In this document: piece after piece, positions 37,446 to 48,490 of the stretch
How positions within the stretch are numbered: the stretch's first letter is position 1
Layout: the number at the start of each line of letters is the position of its first letter
Assembly (NCBI GenBank): GCA_026025075.1
Contig: JAPEUI010000046.1
Coordinates: 1-64,000, forward strand
Direction of reading: 5' to 3'
DNA length: 64,000 nucleotides
DNA from: Vezdaea acicularis
Taxonomy: Eukaryota
Position numbers and translations under genes: made by a program
The notes under the pieces: generated by a model
What the model saw: only the letters and a program-made list of their open reading frames with translations
Database searches by the model: none
Told to the model about the DNA's origin: nothing

Positions 37446-37923
37446 CTAGCTGGTAGTGCCCGACTTAGGGTCTTTAGCTAGAATCTGGTTGACTTTGATA
37501 ACTTTCTCCTCGAACGACTGCTTCTTGTCGATCCTAGTAGTGAGCGAAGTAAGTAGAGCTTTCAATTCCCAGCAGACTTCAAAGAGGTGCAATGCGGACC
37601 TTGAACCGACTCTGATATCGGTCTGAATCCGGAGCGCCCCCTTCTCATGTAACATCGAATGCGCCTGTCCTATAAGCCGCATCACGTCATCCCACGAGCC
37701 CTCTACCGTAGTGCCCGCCGAATGCATTGAATAGGACAGTCCACTCTTCTGCATCAACCGTTGCACATCTGCAATTTCTTGTGACACGGACGCGCTCTGC
37801 GTGCCGATCTGATACCTCGTTCAGCAAAGCTGGCCCCCCCCCCGTGCATTGCCAAAAACGTACCGGGATCAGACAGAAATCCGCTACACATTTCTCAGGC
37901 GTCTTGAGATTACTCGCTGCCAT
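37446..37923 (-). CDS. ECM15: Ecm15/UPF0045 thiamine-binding-protein family (2 introns)
   Basis: CVADFCLIP|IGTQSASVSQEIADVQRL..SGLSYSMHSAGTTVEGSWDDVM..RIQTDIRVGSR|IDKKQSFEEKV. Confidence 0.92.
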
Positions 37924-38224
37924 GCTGCACGGAACTAGGCCTTTTTCTCTTGGGCCCAGTTCAAAGCGATACTTTTCTGCGAGCTGCCAATATCAAAGAA
38001 GCGAAGGGGAGGGCGTGATTCGTTGGAAACGAAACTGAGGAGATGTTCGGCTATCGAGGAATCTCGTAGGGCTGATCCACTAGACCAACCCCCCAGTGAA
38101 CTCCATCTTCACGACCCTTGGTAGTCTATTCATTACTTATCACAATATATATCCTCCACCATTTCTCTTCTTCTCACGCTCGTAATGTCTACAATACCTC
38201 GTTCTGTTATTAACACATCTTGCA

Positions 38225-39238
38225 ATGTCAGAAAGCCCTTACACCCTCCCCGATGACGTTCCCCTCGCATACCTCGCCGAAGGAGCGGCCAACATCGTCT
38301 ACAAACCAATCCTCACCCCCTCCACGCCCCTCTCAAGCACCGAACACCTCTCAAGCCGCCTCCTCCGCCTCAACAAGGCCCTCCCCTCCCGCGTCCCTGT
38401 CTCACAATCCCACCGCGACTTCTGCCAGCTGATCCGCCCGCTCTTCGGCGCAAACGACGTCGTGGACCAGCAACTTATCTTGCTGCCCGCGCACACCATC
38501 CAGACGCTCAACGCGCGCCTCAAAGAAGATGAGCGCGCCAGACGCCGGCCTGTAAAGCGGTTGGGCTTGTATCTGGCGAAAGAAGAGGGTTATGGCCTGC
38601 TAGTCCGCGACATGACGCCGGATCTGGCCAGAGGGGAGGTGGTGGTGGAGTTCAAGCCGAAGTGGCTGGCGCAGAGTCCGTCTGCGCCTGAGGGGGCTAG
38701 GAGGTGCAGGACTTGTGCGCTGGCGGAGCAGAGGAATGCCATACGGCGGTCTGAGGGCGGGAAGGAGCTCCCGTATTTCTGCCCGCTGGACCTAGTGTCG
38801 TGTGACGAGCGGAGGGTGGGACGGGCCGTCCAAGGTATCTTGTCGACGTCAAAGGCCAGAGGTGCGGGATCCAGCGATGTCTATGAGCGCCTCGTGGCAG
38901 TTCTGTTGGAGTCCAAAGTCCTCCTGCGCTTGAAAGAACTCCAGGAGACACTTGATCCGCTGGGGATCTTCGACGCGGATGAAGAGTCCCGCGATTTCAG
39001 GATAGCGACTACGCTACGTGATTGCTCTGTCTTTGTCAAGATGCTGGCTGATACGGCTGGTGAGGTTGAGCTCAGGCTCGGGGACCTCGATCTGAAATCC
39101 GGGAGGCAGGGGAAGGCAGGGTATTGGAGGGCGGTGGAGGAGACTCTTATCAGTGAGGGGTGGTATATGGGCACAGAGGGTGATCCGCGGCCGGAGCGTG
39201 TTTGGTGCTTTGGGGATCAAGCTGTAGAGAAGTTATAG
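38225..39238 (+). CDS. IPK1: Inositol-pentakisphosphate 2-kinase
   Basis: YLAEGAANIVY, LLRLNK, VEFKPKWLAQSP, RCRTCA, FCPLDL, TLRDCSVF, DLDLK. Confidence 0.92.
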   Translation: MSESPYTLPDDVPLAYLAEGAANIVYKPILTPSTPLSSTEHLSSRLLRLNKALPSRVPVSQSHRDFCQLIRPLFGANDVVDQQLILLPAHTIQTLNARLKEDERARRRPVKRLGLYLAKEEGYGLLVRDMTPDLARGEVVVEFKPKWLAQSPSAPEGARRCRTCALAEQRNAIRRSEGGKELPYFCPLDLVSCDERRVGRAVQGILSTSKARGAGSSDVYERLVAVLLESKVLLRLKELQETLDPLGIFDADEESRDFRIATTLRDCSVFVKMLADTAGEVELRLGDLDLKSGRQGKAGYWRAVEETLISEGWYMGTEGDPRPERVWCFGDQAVEKL

Positions 39239-39548
39239 TGTGGTGAAGGACGTTGTGGGATATGACGTCTCGAGGATTTGGTTCTTGGGGCTGGGTTCAT
39301 CATATTTGGAAGTCGTCATTGAGGTCTAGGTTCATACCGAGTTGGATACGTATAACAGTTATTGATAAGACATATTGCAGATATCCTAGCAACTTTGGCA
39401 ACTTTTTAAACGTCCAGGAGGACCCACCAACACCTACGTAATATGACACTTCCCCTTGTCAGAAACACCTCGCTATGCAGGAAGACAGTAATAGTACGAA
39501 ATCCCCAAACGCCAGATTACAGTCAACGCCCAGTTTTAGAGTTTTTCA

Positions 39549-40710
39549 TCAAATCGTCCCAAGTGCTGTGCTCCAATCCCCTCCAACAGAGATCCAATTA
39601 CCGACCGAAGGCTTCGCGCCAGTCGCGACAGACGACACCAGGTCTGTCAACCCCTTAAACAGGTTCGGCGCCGGCCCTCCTGCCCCACTCGTCGATGTCT
39701 TCGCGGCCGGTAGTGTCGTACGGCCGGTTGCCGTGATGCCATTGATCTTGTCCACGGTAGCGAGCGCCGGCCCTTGGTCGAAGAAATCAACCAAAATGAA
39801 GTTCGGGGGCTTGCCCCAGACACTCGTGCAATTCTCTGCGGCGTCTCCTAGATTTCCTACGCCCTTTCCAGATGGGCCGTTCGTTCTACTGGCGTTACCG
39901 CTATCCGGCGCCTGGATACCGAAGGCTTCGTTGGTGTCTAGGAAGTGGTTCATCAGGCTAAGACGGCCTGAGCTGATGGCTGCCTGTGTTTCGCCCTTGA
40001 CGTCTGTAGGACGGTCGGGTACGCATGTGAAGTTTGTGGGATCGGTCACTAGGTACGGATTCTCCCATACGAAAGTAAACTCGTCGAGGAGATAGGGTGC
40101 TACGGTATTTGAGGCTGGGTCGAGGGAGGCGACGAAGGTTACGAGGCGGGTGTTGTTCTTGATGAGGTCGTTCAACGTGGGCCACGTCTGTATGGCAGTG
40201 GAAGTGGAAGGCGGGGTATATGCGTAGCTAGAAATGTTGGCCGAGTCGAATTCTCCTTTAAGATCGCTCGCGGCCGCATCATCGGAGTTGACGAGAAGGA
40301 TGGTAACAACATCATTGGGGTTCTTATCCATCCAAAATTTGATGGCGGCCAACCACGTGCTGAGCTTTCCAGCATCGAGTAAACTACATTCGGAATGGCA
40401 CAGGTGCCACTGGCCGTTGTTTTTGTGGACTTGAGCTGTCAGTAGGCGGACGCCGGCACCAAGAGCTACAGTGGCATTGAAGTATCTAATTTTGGTCAGA
40501 TGAGTTTTGAAGAATAGAGGCAGAGTCCTACTGGTTCCCCGCAGTTGAGTAGCTTGTCGTTGCATCTCGAACGAAGCCGGCGTCATGGGCACCTAAGTGC
40601 GTGATGTTCGAGTATGCCCTGTCGCAGAGATCTGGTGAATTGTTGCATGCCGTAGAGGCATATGCTGTCGAAGCAAGCACCAGAGCCGAAATAAGTGGAA
40701 GGAGTTTCAT
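39549..40710 (-). CDS. Secreted PI-PLC X domain (PLC-like phosphodiesterase) protein (1 intron)
   Basis: Signal peptide MKLLPLISALVLASTAYA, ACNNSPDLCDRAYSNITHLGAHD, GVRLLTAQVH, LCHSECSLLDAG, WPTL, MNHFLD, PNFILVDFF. Confidence 0.9.
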
Positions 40711-42359
40711 TGTTGCGGTTTCTATCAAGTAACATGTACGGGTCCTTGGTGGATTCCCTGGACGAGCGGACGTGGCTATAAGGCTGAGCGGCGAGATTGT
40801 GGAAGTCGAGTGAAGGAACGAGCGTGGTGAGAAGGATTGCGAGATAAACCAGCCGTTTGACAACGGGGGATTCGGATGTGTAGGAGGGGAGGACAGAGGC
40901 AGGCTTTGAGGCTTTTCATGTCTGAAGAAGCCAGGTCCAAATGTAGCACGGCGACGTGCTCAGCCTACGCTGACCACAGATGTCTGGCTTGGCCTTGCGG
41001 GCGTGTCATCAGCCGCACCACTAACGCACGCTTGGTCTAAGGCTCTGCTCGTGTCTGTGGAAATTTGCACCCGGGTCGCACTGGATTCGAGTCGATTTCG
41101 TAATTGAAGGATGATGAGTTCATCACGAATAAGCTCGAATAGCTGCTAGATCTAGTATCGAATCTCGAACGAGTGCGTCCCTCCAACATGATGAAAGGTC
41201 CGGTTTTCTTCAGGGTCTCCTAGCAGCCTGTCCCCTCCCCGATATTGGAGTGCAGCGTGTTTCGGCCTTAGCTGCGGGCCCTTCGCTAAAGCCCTTCTAT
41301 GGCTTCGGCTGCTATTTAAGGTGCCATGCTGACGACGCCCGTCGGTCTCAACGTCCGTCACGCTCAACGTCCGCAAATTTCAATCTACTAACGATAATTC
41401 CTATCGACTGTAAAAGAAATGATAACTCGCACTGTATTTAATTGACAATTTGCTCCCCGTCTGCCTAGTTCCTATACTACTCTGAGTATGGCTCACCCCT
41501 CGTGACATTGGAGACGAGGGTGACGGCGCGCGACGAGCCACTAGAGTTACGGAATGAAACAAAATGATGCGGATATCGAGTGGCCTCGATTTTACTCGTT
41601 TTGTTCAATTTATTTGCATTTATTCTAGGCGCTCTGAGTGGTTTAGACGGTTGCGGTAAATAAATACTAGTTAAGCAAGGTAGATGTAAGTTTCAAGGAG
41701 CTGTCCACGAACACAGGGGATGGTAGCGCCGGTTCTTAGGTCACAGCAAACTGGGAGAAAGTAAGAGATATCGACTTTAAGTGCTGCTCTTCAAGCGATG
41801 GAACAAAAACATATAGATCCATAAAGGACGGTCTGGGCAGAGAACTGGGTAATCATGTAGAAAGTCACCTGTTCGCTGCCATAGGGATTGTTGATTTCCG
41901 GTGAATTTCCGTTGCTGCGATTTTTGATTGGTCGAGCTGCCGATTTTCTGTTGTTTGCTTCTGCGTTTGCACGCGAAAATGACCGGAAAATCCTGTATGC
42001 ACTATGACCACCGCGACATCGTCACTCGGACCTTGGCAGCCCGATCTCAAGCCCGATTAACATCTCCTTCCTTGTACCTCTTCATCGATACAGCTACTCC
42101 CCTCAATCGATACCGCCTGCTCAGCTTCTCATCTCCAACAAACATCGAGGTCGACTCGATCACAAATCGAATTGTCGCAATTGCTAGCGGTTGGCCATTT
42201 TGCTGCATGCTGGCCCCTGCTCACGGGGTTCTTATCTTCATCACACGATCACAAACACGCGATCAACTTATGGGAGCCGCATCATACGTTCATCAAGCTG
42301 TCGCCTGAATAGTCCTATGCGTAGCAATACTCATTCTCATCTTCTATGAACAAGCTAGG

Positions 42360-44129
42360 ATGGCGTTCAACTTCAACTGGTCGCCTCTCACGGCAGACTC
42401 GTCGTTCTATTCTAGAGCCCAAGAGCTCTTGACGATAGCCTTAAATAAGTCACCTAAACCGCCAATAATCGTCGACGAAATCATTGTCAATGAGCTGAAT
42501 CTTGGCTCAGTTCCGCCGGACCTGGAAATCCTAGAAATTGGTGACCTCGCTGAAGACAGGTTCAGAGGCATATTCAAGATGTGCTATTCTGGAGACGCCT
42601 TCTTAACGCTCAAGACAAGGGTTCAAGCCAACCCTCTCAATACCTATCTGTCAGCGAAGCCCGAATTCACATCGCCTCAACCTTTGGCTGCGTCGTCTGG
42701 TTTGACAATACCGCTCCAAATCACACTTTCAGAGATCAAGCTTTCTGCATTCATCATTTTGGTCTTTTCACGGCAAAAGGGCTTGACACTAGTCTTTCGA
42801 AACGATCCTCTTGAGTCACTAAGGGTGTCGTCAACCTTTGACTCTATACCTTTCGTGCGCGACTACCTGCAGAAAGAGATCGAGGGTCAACTTCGCGTTC
42901 TGTTAATGGAAGAAGTGCCCGCCATCATCCACCGGTTATCCCTACGACTCTGGGTTCCAGAGTATAGAGCTGGGGAAGATGAGGAGCTTGCGCGCGCTGC
43001 GAATAGTATCGCGCAGGAGGAGCCAGCAGATCCCTTCGCAAGCCCATCACATGGCCCTATCCACATACCTGGAGACATTCTCGATTCGCAGATATCATTA
43101 ATGTCACTTGATTCCCAGGGATCAGAAACTCAATCCCTATTCTCACAGAAGAATCTCATCCGCCTTGACGCCTTGGCCGATGCTCAGCGCACTCTCGCGC
43201 TCTCCACACCAACGATCAGCGATGTGGTCTTCCGTGCATGGGCGAGCGCCACCGAGCGCGGTGAAGGTCCAGGCACAAACACCCCAGCTACGCCATCTCT
43301 CTCTCGAACCCATTCGGTCTCTGGAAGTATGAGCTCTACGTATTCGTTCACTAGTAGTGTGGATGGATATTCATCAAGACCAACCCTGAGGAGTTATGGA
43401 TCTGCGGTGACCGGCCTTAGCCTTGGTGCTGGTAGACCGTCCAGACATACGAATAGAAAAAAGAAGAACCGCATCGTCAACCTTCGTAAATCGAGAGGTT
43501 CCAGCGATACTGATAGTGTTAGCGGCGAAAGCACTAGCTCTGCTACGTCCTCTATGACCCCCACCTCGGAGCCGGTCATCCCCAAGGCAATATTTGAGGA
43601 AAAGGAGGAAGAAATAGTTACTCCGCCTATGTCTCCTCGGGCTCACATGAAGTGGAGGAGCCCAGGTGGAGACAGTATCGACCTCGGAGATTCACCAGTC
43701 AAGCGTAGGCCAGTAACGCCGGTGCCTTCATATGACACGCTACGTCCAGCAGAGAGATCTGACATGCGACGCTTTGGCTCTAGATCGATGCGTTCAGAAG
43801 CATCTTTCTCCTCTCAATCAGATCTTCCTGTTCCATCTGCCGCCAATGAGATCTTCCAACCCGGCCCGCCATTAGATGGACAAACGTCCTATCCACAGGA
43901 GAAGTCTCTCTTGGCATCGTCTTCGACATCGAATCTGAATCTGCAATGGCCAAACCTTCCCATCGCAGGAGTGGACGCTCAAACCAGTGGCATCCTGGAG
44001 CGGGCTTGGGTCATGAAGATGGCCGGAGAGATTGCCCGAAGAGCTAACGAGGAAAAGGCCTCGAACCGAGATTTCTGGGGAAGGGCGGATCAAGAAGAGA
44101 GCCCGCCTCCAGCATATGGGGCTTATTGA
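42360..44129 (+). CDS. MDM34: Mitochondrial distribution and morphology protein 34 (ERMES, SMP domain)
   Basis: MAFNFNW, LEILEIGDLAEDRFRGIFK, TRVQANPL, LVFRNDPLESLRVSSTFD; C-terminal PPAY motif. Confidence 0.96.
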   Translation: MAFNFNWSPLTADSSFYSRAQELLTIALNKSPKPPIIVDEIIVNELNLGSVPPDLEILEIGDLAEDRFRGIFKMCYSGDAFLTLKTRVQANPLNTYLSAKPEFTSPQPLAASSGLTIPLQITLSEIKLSAFIILVFSRQKGLTLVFRNDPLESLRVSSTFDSIPFVRDYLQKEIEGQLRVLLMEEVPAIIHRLSLRLWVPEYRAGEDEELARAANSIAQEEPADPFASPSHGPIHIPGDILDSQISLMSLDSQGSETQSLFSQKNLIRLDALADAQRTLALSTPTISDVVFRAWASATERGEGPGTNTPATPSLSRTHSVSGSMSSTYSFTSSVDGYSSRPTLRSYGSAVTGLSLGAGRPSRHTNRKKKNRIVNLRKSRGSSDTDSVSGESTSSATSSMTPTSEPVIPKAIFEEKEEEIVTPPMSPRAHMKWRSPGGDSIDLGDSPVKRRPVTPVPSYDTLRPAERSDMRRFGSRSMRSEASFSSQSDLPVPSAANEIFQPGPPLDGQTSYPQEKSLLASSSTSNLNLQWPNLPIAGVDAQTSGILERAWVMKMAGEIARRANEEKASNRDFWGRADQEESPPPAYGAY

Positions 44130-44826
44130 GCTCAAAAGATGCCCCGGTCTGTATGGGAAAGGTGCGAAAGGGGCTGTTCTGTATATATTTGTGTGAATTG
44201 TCTCTATCACTAACGGCGAATGGCTAGCGGGAAAACTTTGGGAATAGACGGAGTGATTTTACTTTTTGGCATTGGTCGGGTGGTCCCCTCGATCGAGTTC
44301 GGTTGTCGCCGCAATCGTCGCAGCACCAAGGCTCTCCCATAAGGGGTTTGATAGCTTGTACTGTTTATGACAATCCCTTACCTTACTCTAGTCTAAGAAC
44401 GCCCCGCTCTTAAACATGACCATCCAAAGATGACCGTGATATTTTTGTGAACAATATCATCCAGAAATGCCCGTGATGCTTCTGGATTGGACCCATTTGA
44501 AATGATCGCTAGTTAGATGAGTTGAATGTTACGGTACATACAATTGGCCTCTGAACAATATAGCGGAACGCACTTGTGAGAAGGTTTTGTTGAAGATGAC
44601 GGAAGACAAAATTGATCGCCTTGCCGTTCTCGATCGTTGCTCCTGTATGGGAACGCTAACTCTCTGTATTCTCACCAGCCAGCCTCAGCAAGCCAGCCCC
44701 ATCAACCCCAGTGGTCTCCAATCGTCCATGCACCAGTCCTTAATTCTGATCTGCCTTGTCGCCAGCGTAAAATTACATGCACAGTGGCACAGAAAAAAAC
44801 ATAGGAAAGCCCGGTAAAAGAATAAA

Positions 44827-44899
44827 TGACCACAATGCAGATTCGAACCCAGAGCCCCCAACACCCTCACCCCACATCGTCCTCAGCCATGAGAAGATC
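44827..44899 (-). other. tRNA-sized degenerate element retaining a B box (tRNA relic or TFIIIC-site candidate)
   Basis: Minus strand: TGGCTGAGG (partial A box, 44881-44889), GGGTTCGAATC (B box, 44840-44850), ends GGTCA then TTTATTCTTTT. Stems do not pair, so it is not a functional tRNA. Confidence 0.35.
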
Positions 44900-44905
44900 T
44901 AAAAA

Positions 44906-45230
44906 TTTTAACAAGAAGGAAAGCCCCATTGCACGAAGCAATGGAACCCATCTTCCCCAGCGCGCAGCTTAGTATTCCAGTTTGTCCCGTGTAGGCTCGA
45001 GCCACATCCTGAGGACGACACGGTCGGATTCGAAACCGCCCCCTAAGGATTGGTCCGAACCGACGTGTCACCCATTGGGAGGCATGCACACTACCACTTG
45101 ACTATCTGACGTGAAATTTGTAGGGACTTTTGGGTTACTTAAACCACAACACGCTGCTAATCCGCTTTAGGAGAGAGTGCGGCCCCCCCGGGAGTTTCTG
45201 GTGATGCTGCTGCGTGCCTGGGGCTTGCAG
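44906..45230 (-). ncRNA. Probable RNase MRP RNA
   Basis: CR-I-like AAAAGTCCCT (45122-45131) complementary to CR-V-like CAATGGGGCTTT (44920-44931), forming P4. CR-IV-like AATACTAA is followed by GCTGCG, which pairs with upstream CGCAGC (P2). P1 GCAAG..AGG pairs with CCT.CTTGT. Several internal hairpins; T5 run downstream; about 325 nt. Deviations: GATAG rather than a GARAR loop, ATACTAA rather than ANAGNNA. Confidence 0.6.
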
Positions 45231-45667
45231 TGGATTTGCAATGTCTGCGATCTCTTTGAAGCGTCTTTGCTTCCTCTGCTGCGTGCAGGTGGAGGCTTGG
45301 TATGCCTCTGTAGCCAGCTCACAATCTCGCCGCAGGCTCAATGCGCTTGCCTGCGCTACCCGGTGTTCCTGCTGCTGCGAAGCTTATGGCAAGAGCAAGG
45401 AGCGTGCATAGAAACGTCGAAGAAAATGGGCAAACCTGCGACTGCAGCTTGTGGAAGGCTTACAAACAGGAAAGACGCTCAAAAGAGCAGTGCACAGTAT
45501 GATAGATTATAGGAAAGAGCAACCGTACGCATTAAGATGTCAACTCAGCATTGCAGTTACGCAATGCGGGGAAAGGAAAGAGCTGCTCATTCGATAGGTT
45601 CATATACAATGACGAAAGACTACAATCAAATCCCCAAAGCCGGAGCAACGCGCCTACTTTTTGGACA

Positions 45668-47156
45668 CTATCCCTTCCTCGTCATCTTCTTCTGGCTCTT
45701 CTTCAAGTCCTTCTCCCTCTCCTTATCCAAAAACTTCCGCTGCTCGTCCGCACTCATACCCTTCAACATGTTCTCCCGCTTCTGTTTCTTCTCCTTGTCG
45801 CGCTTCGTCGTGCGCTCCTCGTTCTTGCTATCCTCGTCCGCGCGGGTTAGCTTGCGAATCTCCTCGTCACGAATAGAGCGCACTTTGCGCATGACTTCGG
45901 CCCGGAAGTGCGCATGTGCGACGAGCTGGTCTGACATTCGCAGGAAGTAGGAGAATAGGGGGGCGATTGAGTTGAATTCGCTGGACGGGGGGAGGCGGAA
46001 AGAGAGATGGATACGCTTCCTAGGAATGGTCTCATCGAGTCTAGAGGGAATTAGCCGTTGGTTAGAGATGAGTGTGTGGTGGTAAAGGCCTACTTTACGG
46101 GTTTGTCAAGGGGTTGGTCGGTGACGATCAAGTAGTCAAGAAGGTCGCCTGCACTCTCAATGGCTTTGATAAGGTCGGGTGTGAGGAGAAGCTCGGTGAC
46201 CTCAGCGCTCTCGCTCATTATAGTTGCCCAGATTGGCAGCTTTGAGTTGTCTTTCGTAGAAGTCAACGAGAGGTCGTAGCGGTCGTCCCGCAATTGCTTC
46301 ATGATGTCCTTATTGACGATGGCCCATACGAAACCGTCATATGTAGAGTTACCAACACCTTTGATCTTAGACTCCATGATCTCTTCACCAAGTTTGCCCC
46401 CACCTACATGGACCAATGCCGCTTCCCTGCCATCGAATGGATAAAGGACGGCATCGACCTTCTCAGCCGGAGGCGTGATGGTCTCGAAGAAGAAGCTCGC
46501 GATGAATTCAGCAATGAGTGTCAACGGATTATACCGCTTGAAGAGTGTGAGCTTCAGGTCCACGAACGCGACGTTCTGGCGTCCGCTAGCATAGGTCATG
46601 AATTCCTGTGGTGTTCTCTCCCTCAATATCTCCTCCGGTATTACTAGATCATCGGACTCCGACGCTTTCGCAAGTCCCATTGACTCGACCTGCTCTAAAG
46701 ATGGCACTTTACGTCCTCCATAGCCCACGACTGCGAACTCAATGTCGAGTAACGGCGCGAAGATTGCGACCCATTTTTTCGCGATTCTGCGGTTCGTCTT
46801 TGTACCCCATAGATACACCCCGACTAGCACTATGATGAAGACGAGGATTATGTACTCGTTGTAGAAGTCTGAAGGCGATGTCCGCTCCCATACTCGGTAC
46901 CATTTTGTGTAGACAACCCCGGATGATGCGCCGGGACCTGTGGGAAAAGCAGGAGCTACACCAGCTGCAGCAGGACTCCCTGCGGAGTACAAGGCTGGTG
47001 AAGGGTCAGGAGCACCTGCAAAGTCCGCAAAGTCTGGGAGAGTTAATGAAGGGTAATAGAGAAGCGACGGAGTCTCATCTTACCTGGGTCATCCGCTGCA
47101 CCTGAAGGAGCCACGGGTTTTTGAGCCCCGAAGATGTTCCTTAGTAGACCATCCAT
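45668..47156 (-). CDS. DUF1682 / CCDC47 (PAT complex subunit)-like ER membrane protein (2 introns)
   Basis: DFADFA motif, YTKWYRVWERT, TM helix, YASGRQNV, DGFVWAIVNK, AIMSESAEVT, IVTDQP, basic coiled-coil tail EQRKFLDKERE. Confidence 0.88.
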
Positions 47157-47728
47157 TGTGCTACAGTATTCTCTGATATCAAGTGCACTGCCGATAGATT
47201 GTCCCCAAAGAGTAGATCTAAGCGCGACTTGCAGGCCTCATCAACTTAGCAAGCCTATCTGGCGTGTTATATGAGGAGCTGAAGAGTAGAAGGATCACAG
47301 TCTTCAGGATTCTACGGTAACCATTGGAAGCTAAAGCTCTCTCGGCTATACCCGTCGTGGATGCTTCATGGAATGGCTCAACAGCAGCGTCTAGTCCGCT
47401 ATGTTTTCAGTAATGGGTTGCAATTAGATAGCTGGTCGCGCATTGTACAGGATAAGCAAGCTTCGTGTTGGGCTCTGATTCGTGATTTTGGTACGCTCTA
47501 TTAGGCTTCTGACATGCAACATAGTGTTCTAACTTGTCCACGCCTTGTATACATCTAGGTCGATGGTGCGACCAGATTACATTGGTCAAGACGTACAAAA
47601 ATCATTTCTTAAGTTGATGGGTTATGTACACGGTAGCGTGCAGCCGCCGCCCAGCTCCAGCACCTTCGTAGTCCATTCACGGTCTTCCCGAGGACGGACA
47701 GAAAGGGCTCCTCCTCCAAGACGTAGGT

Positions 47729-48279
47729 TCAGCTCTTTCCCCATAGTGTTTTATGGCCCTATAGAGCAACAAAATGTCAGTAGGCTGAAGCTCTGGTTCA
47801 AGGAATCCCGTAGGGATCTCACCAGAACGAGCCGTCCCATCATATACATTGACATGGAAAAGCTTCCAAAGAGGATGGCGTAGTAAGGATATAACATGAA
47901 CGGGCTTCGTGGCGTCTAATTGTGACGAGTAATTAGCTGTGAGACTCAACGAGAAGCCAATCATGCGATCTATATTCCACGACTGCAGAACCGTTCCGGT
48001 CCGCGCAGCAGATAGAGCGAAGTATGAAGGAATGGGTAGTGATTGTGAGCTGACCTTATTCCATTGCCTTACGCCATCGTGAGCCTGGAACAGTCTTTGA
48101 AAATACGGTACCCGGTTCTCGCGATAGATGAAGCTGAACAAGAACATAATCAGCTCGAGGCCTTGGAATGAATGCATTTTGAGACGTAAGGGGGTTATTC
48201 AAGATGGTTTGCAGCCTTTCAAAGCTCGTCGGGCTCCGGCACTTGTAGACTTGGGAGATGATGCAACATACCCAGGCAT
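47729..48279 (-). CDS. COX7: Cytochrome c oxidase subunit VII (3 introns)
   Basis: Spliced MPG|FIYRENRVPYFQRLFQAHDGVRQWNK|TPRSPFMLYPYYAILFGSFSMSMYMMGRLVL|GHKTLWGKS. Confidence 0.88.
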
Positions 48280-48490
48280 TTTAATGATACGATCACAGAA
48301 TTTAACGACGATTGGCTTCGATTGAAATAACGGACGAGTGAGGTTATTCGGAAGCTTAGGATGGCCTGGAACGAGGACGAACGATTATGTAAGCGGACAC
48401 AGAAATCTGGTGTGCTGCTAATATCCTTCGCAGCCAAAGGTGCAAGGGTTTCAAGAAACCTGCAACATTTCAAGGCTAAGAAGATGCTAC

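Noticed and set aside
39227..39238. IPK1 C-terminal EKL as a PTS1 signal
   Set aside because: Non-canonical tripeptide with no basic upstream context; Ipk1 is known as a nuclear or cytosolic enzyme.
41106..41335. ATGATGA box C motifs suggesting C/D snoRNAs
   Set aside because: No suitably spaced D box, terminal stem or recognisable rRNA guide.
45020..45112. tRNA-Gly(CCC) reading (A box, CATGC-CTCCCAA, TTCGAATCC)
   Set aside because: No matching 3' anticodon strand or acceptor stem; better explained as part of the MRP-like RNA.
45128..45140. TAACCCAAAA as a telomerase RNA template
   Set aside because: Does not match TAACCCTAA and overlaps the CR-I-like motif.
45177..45512. Short Cys-rich plus-strand ORFs
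   Set aside because: No convincing ATG context or family motif; they overlap the ncRNA candidate on the other strand.
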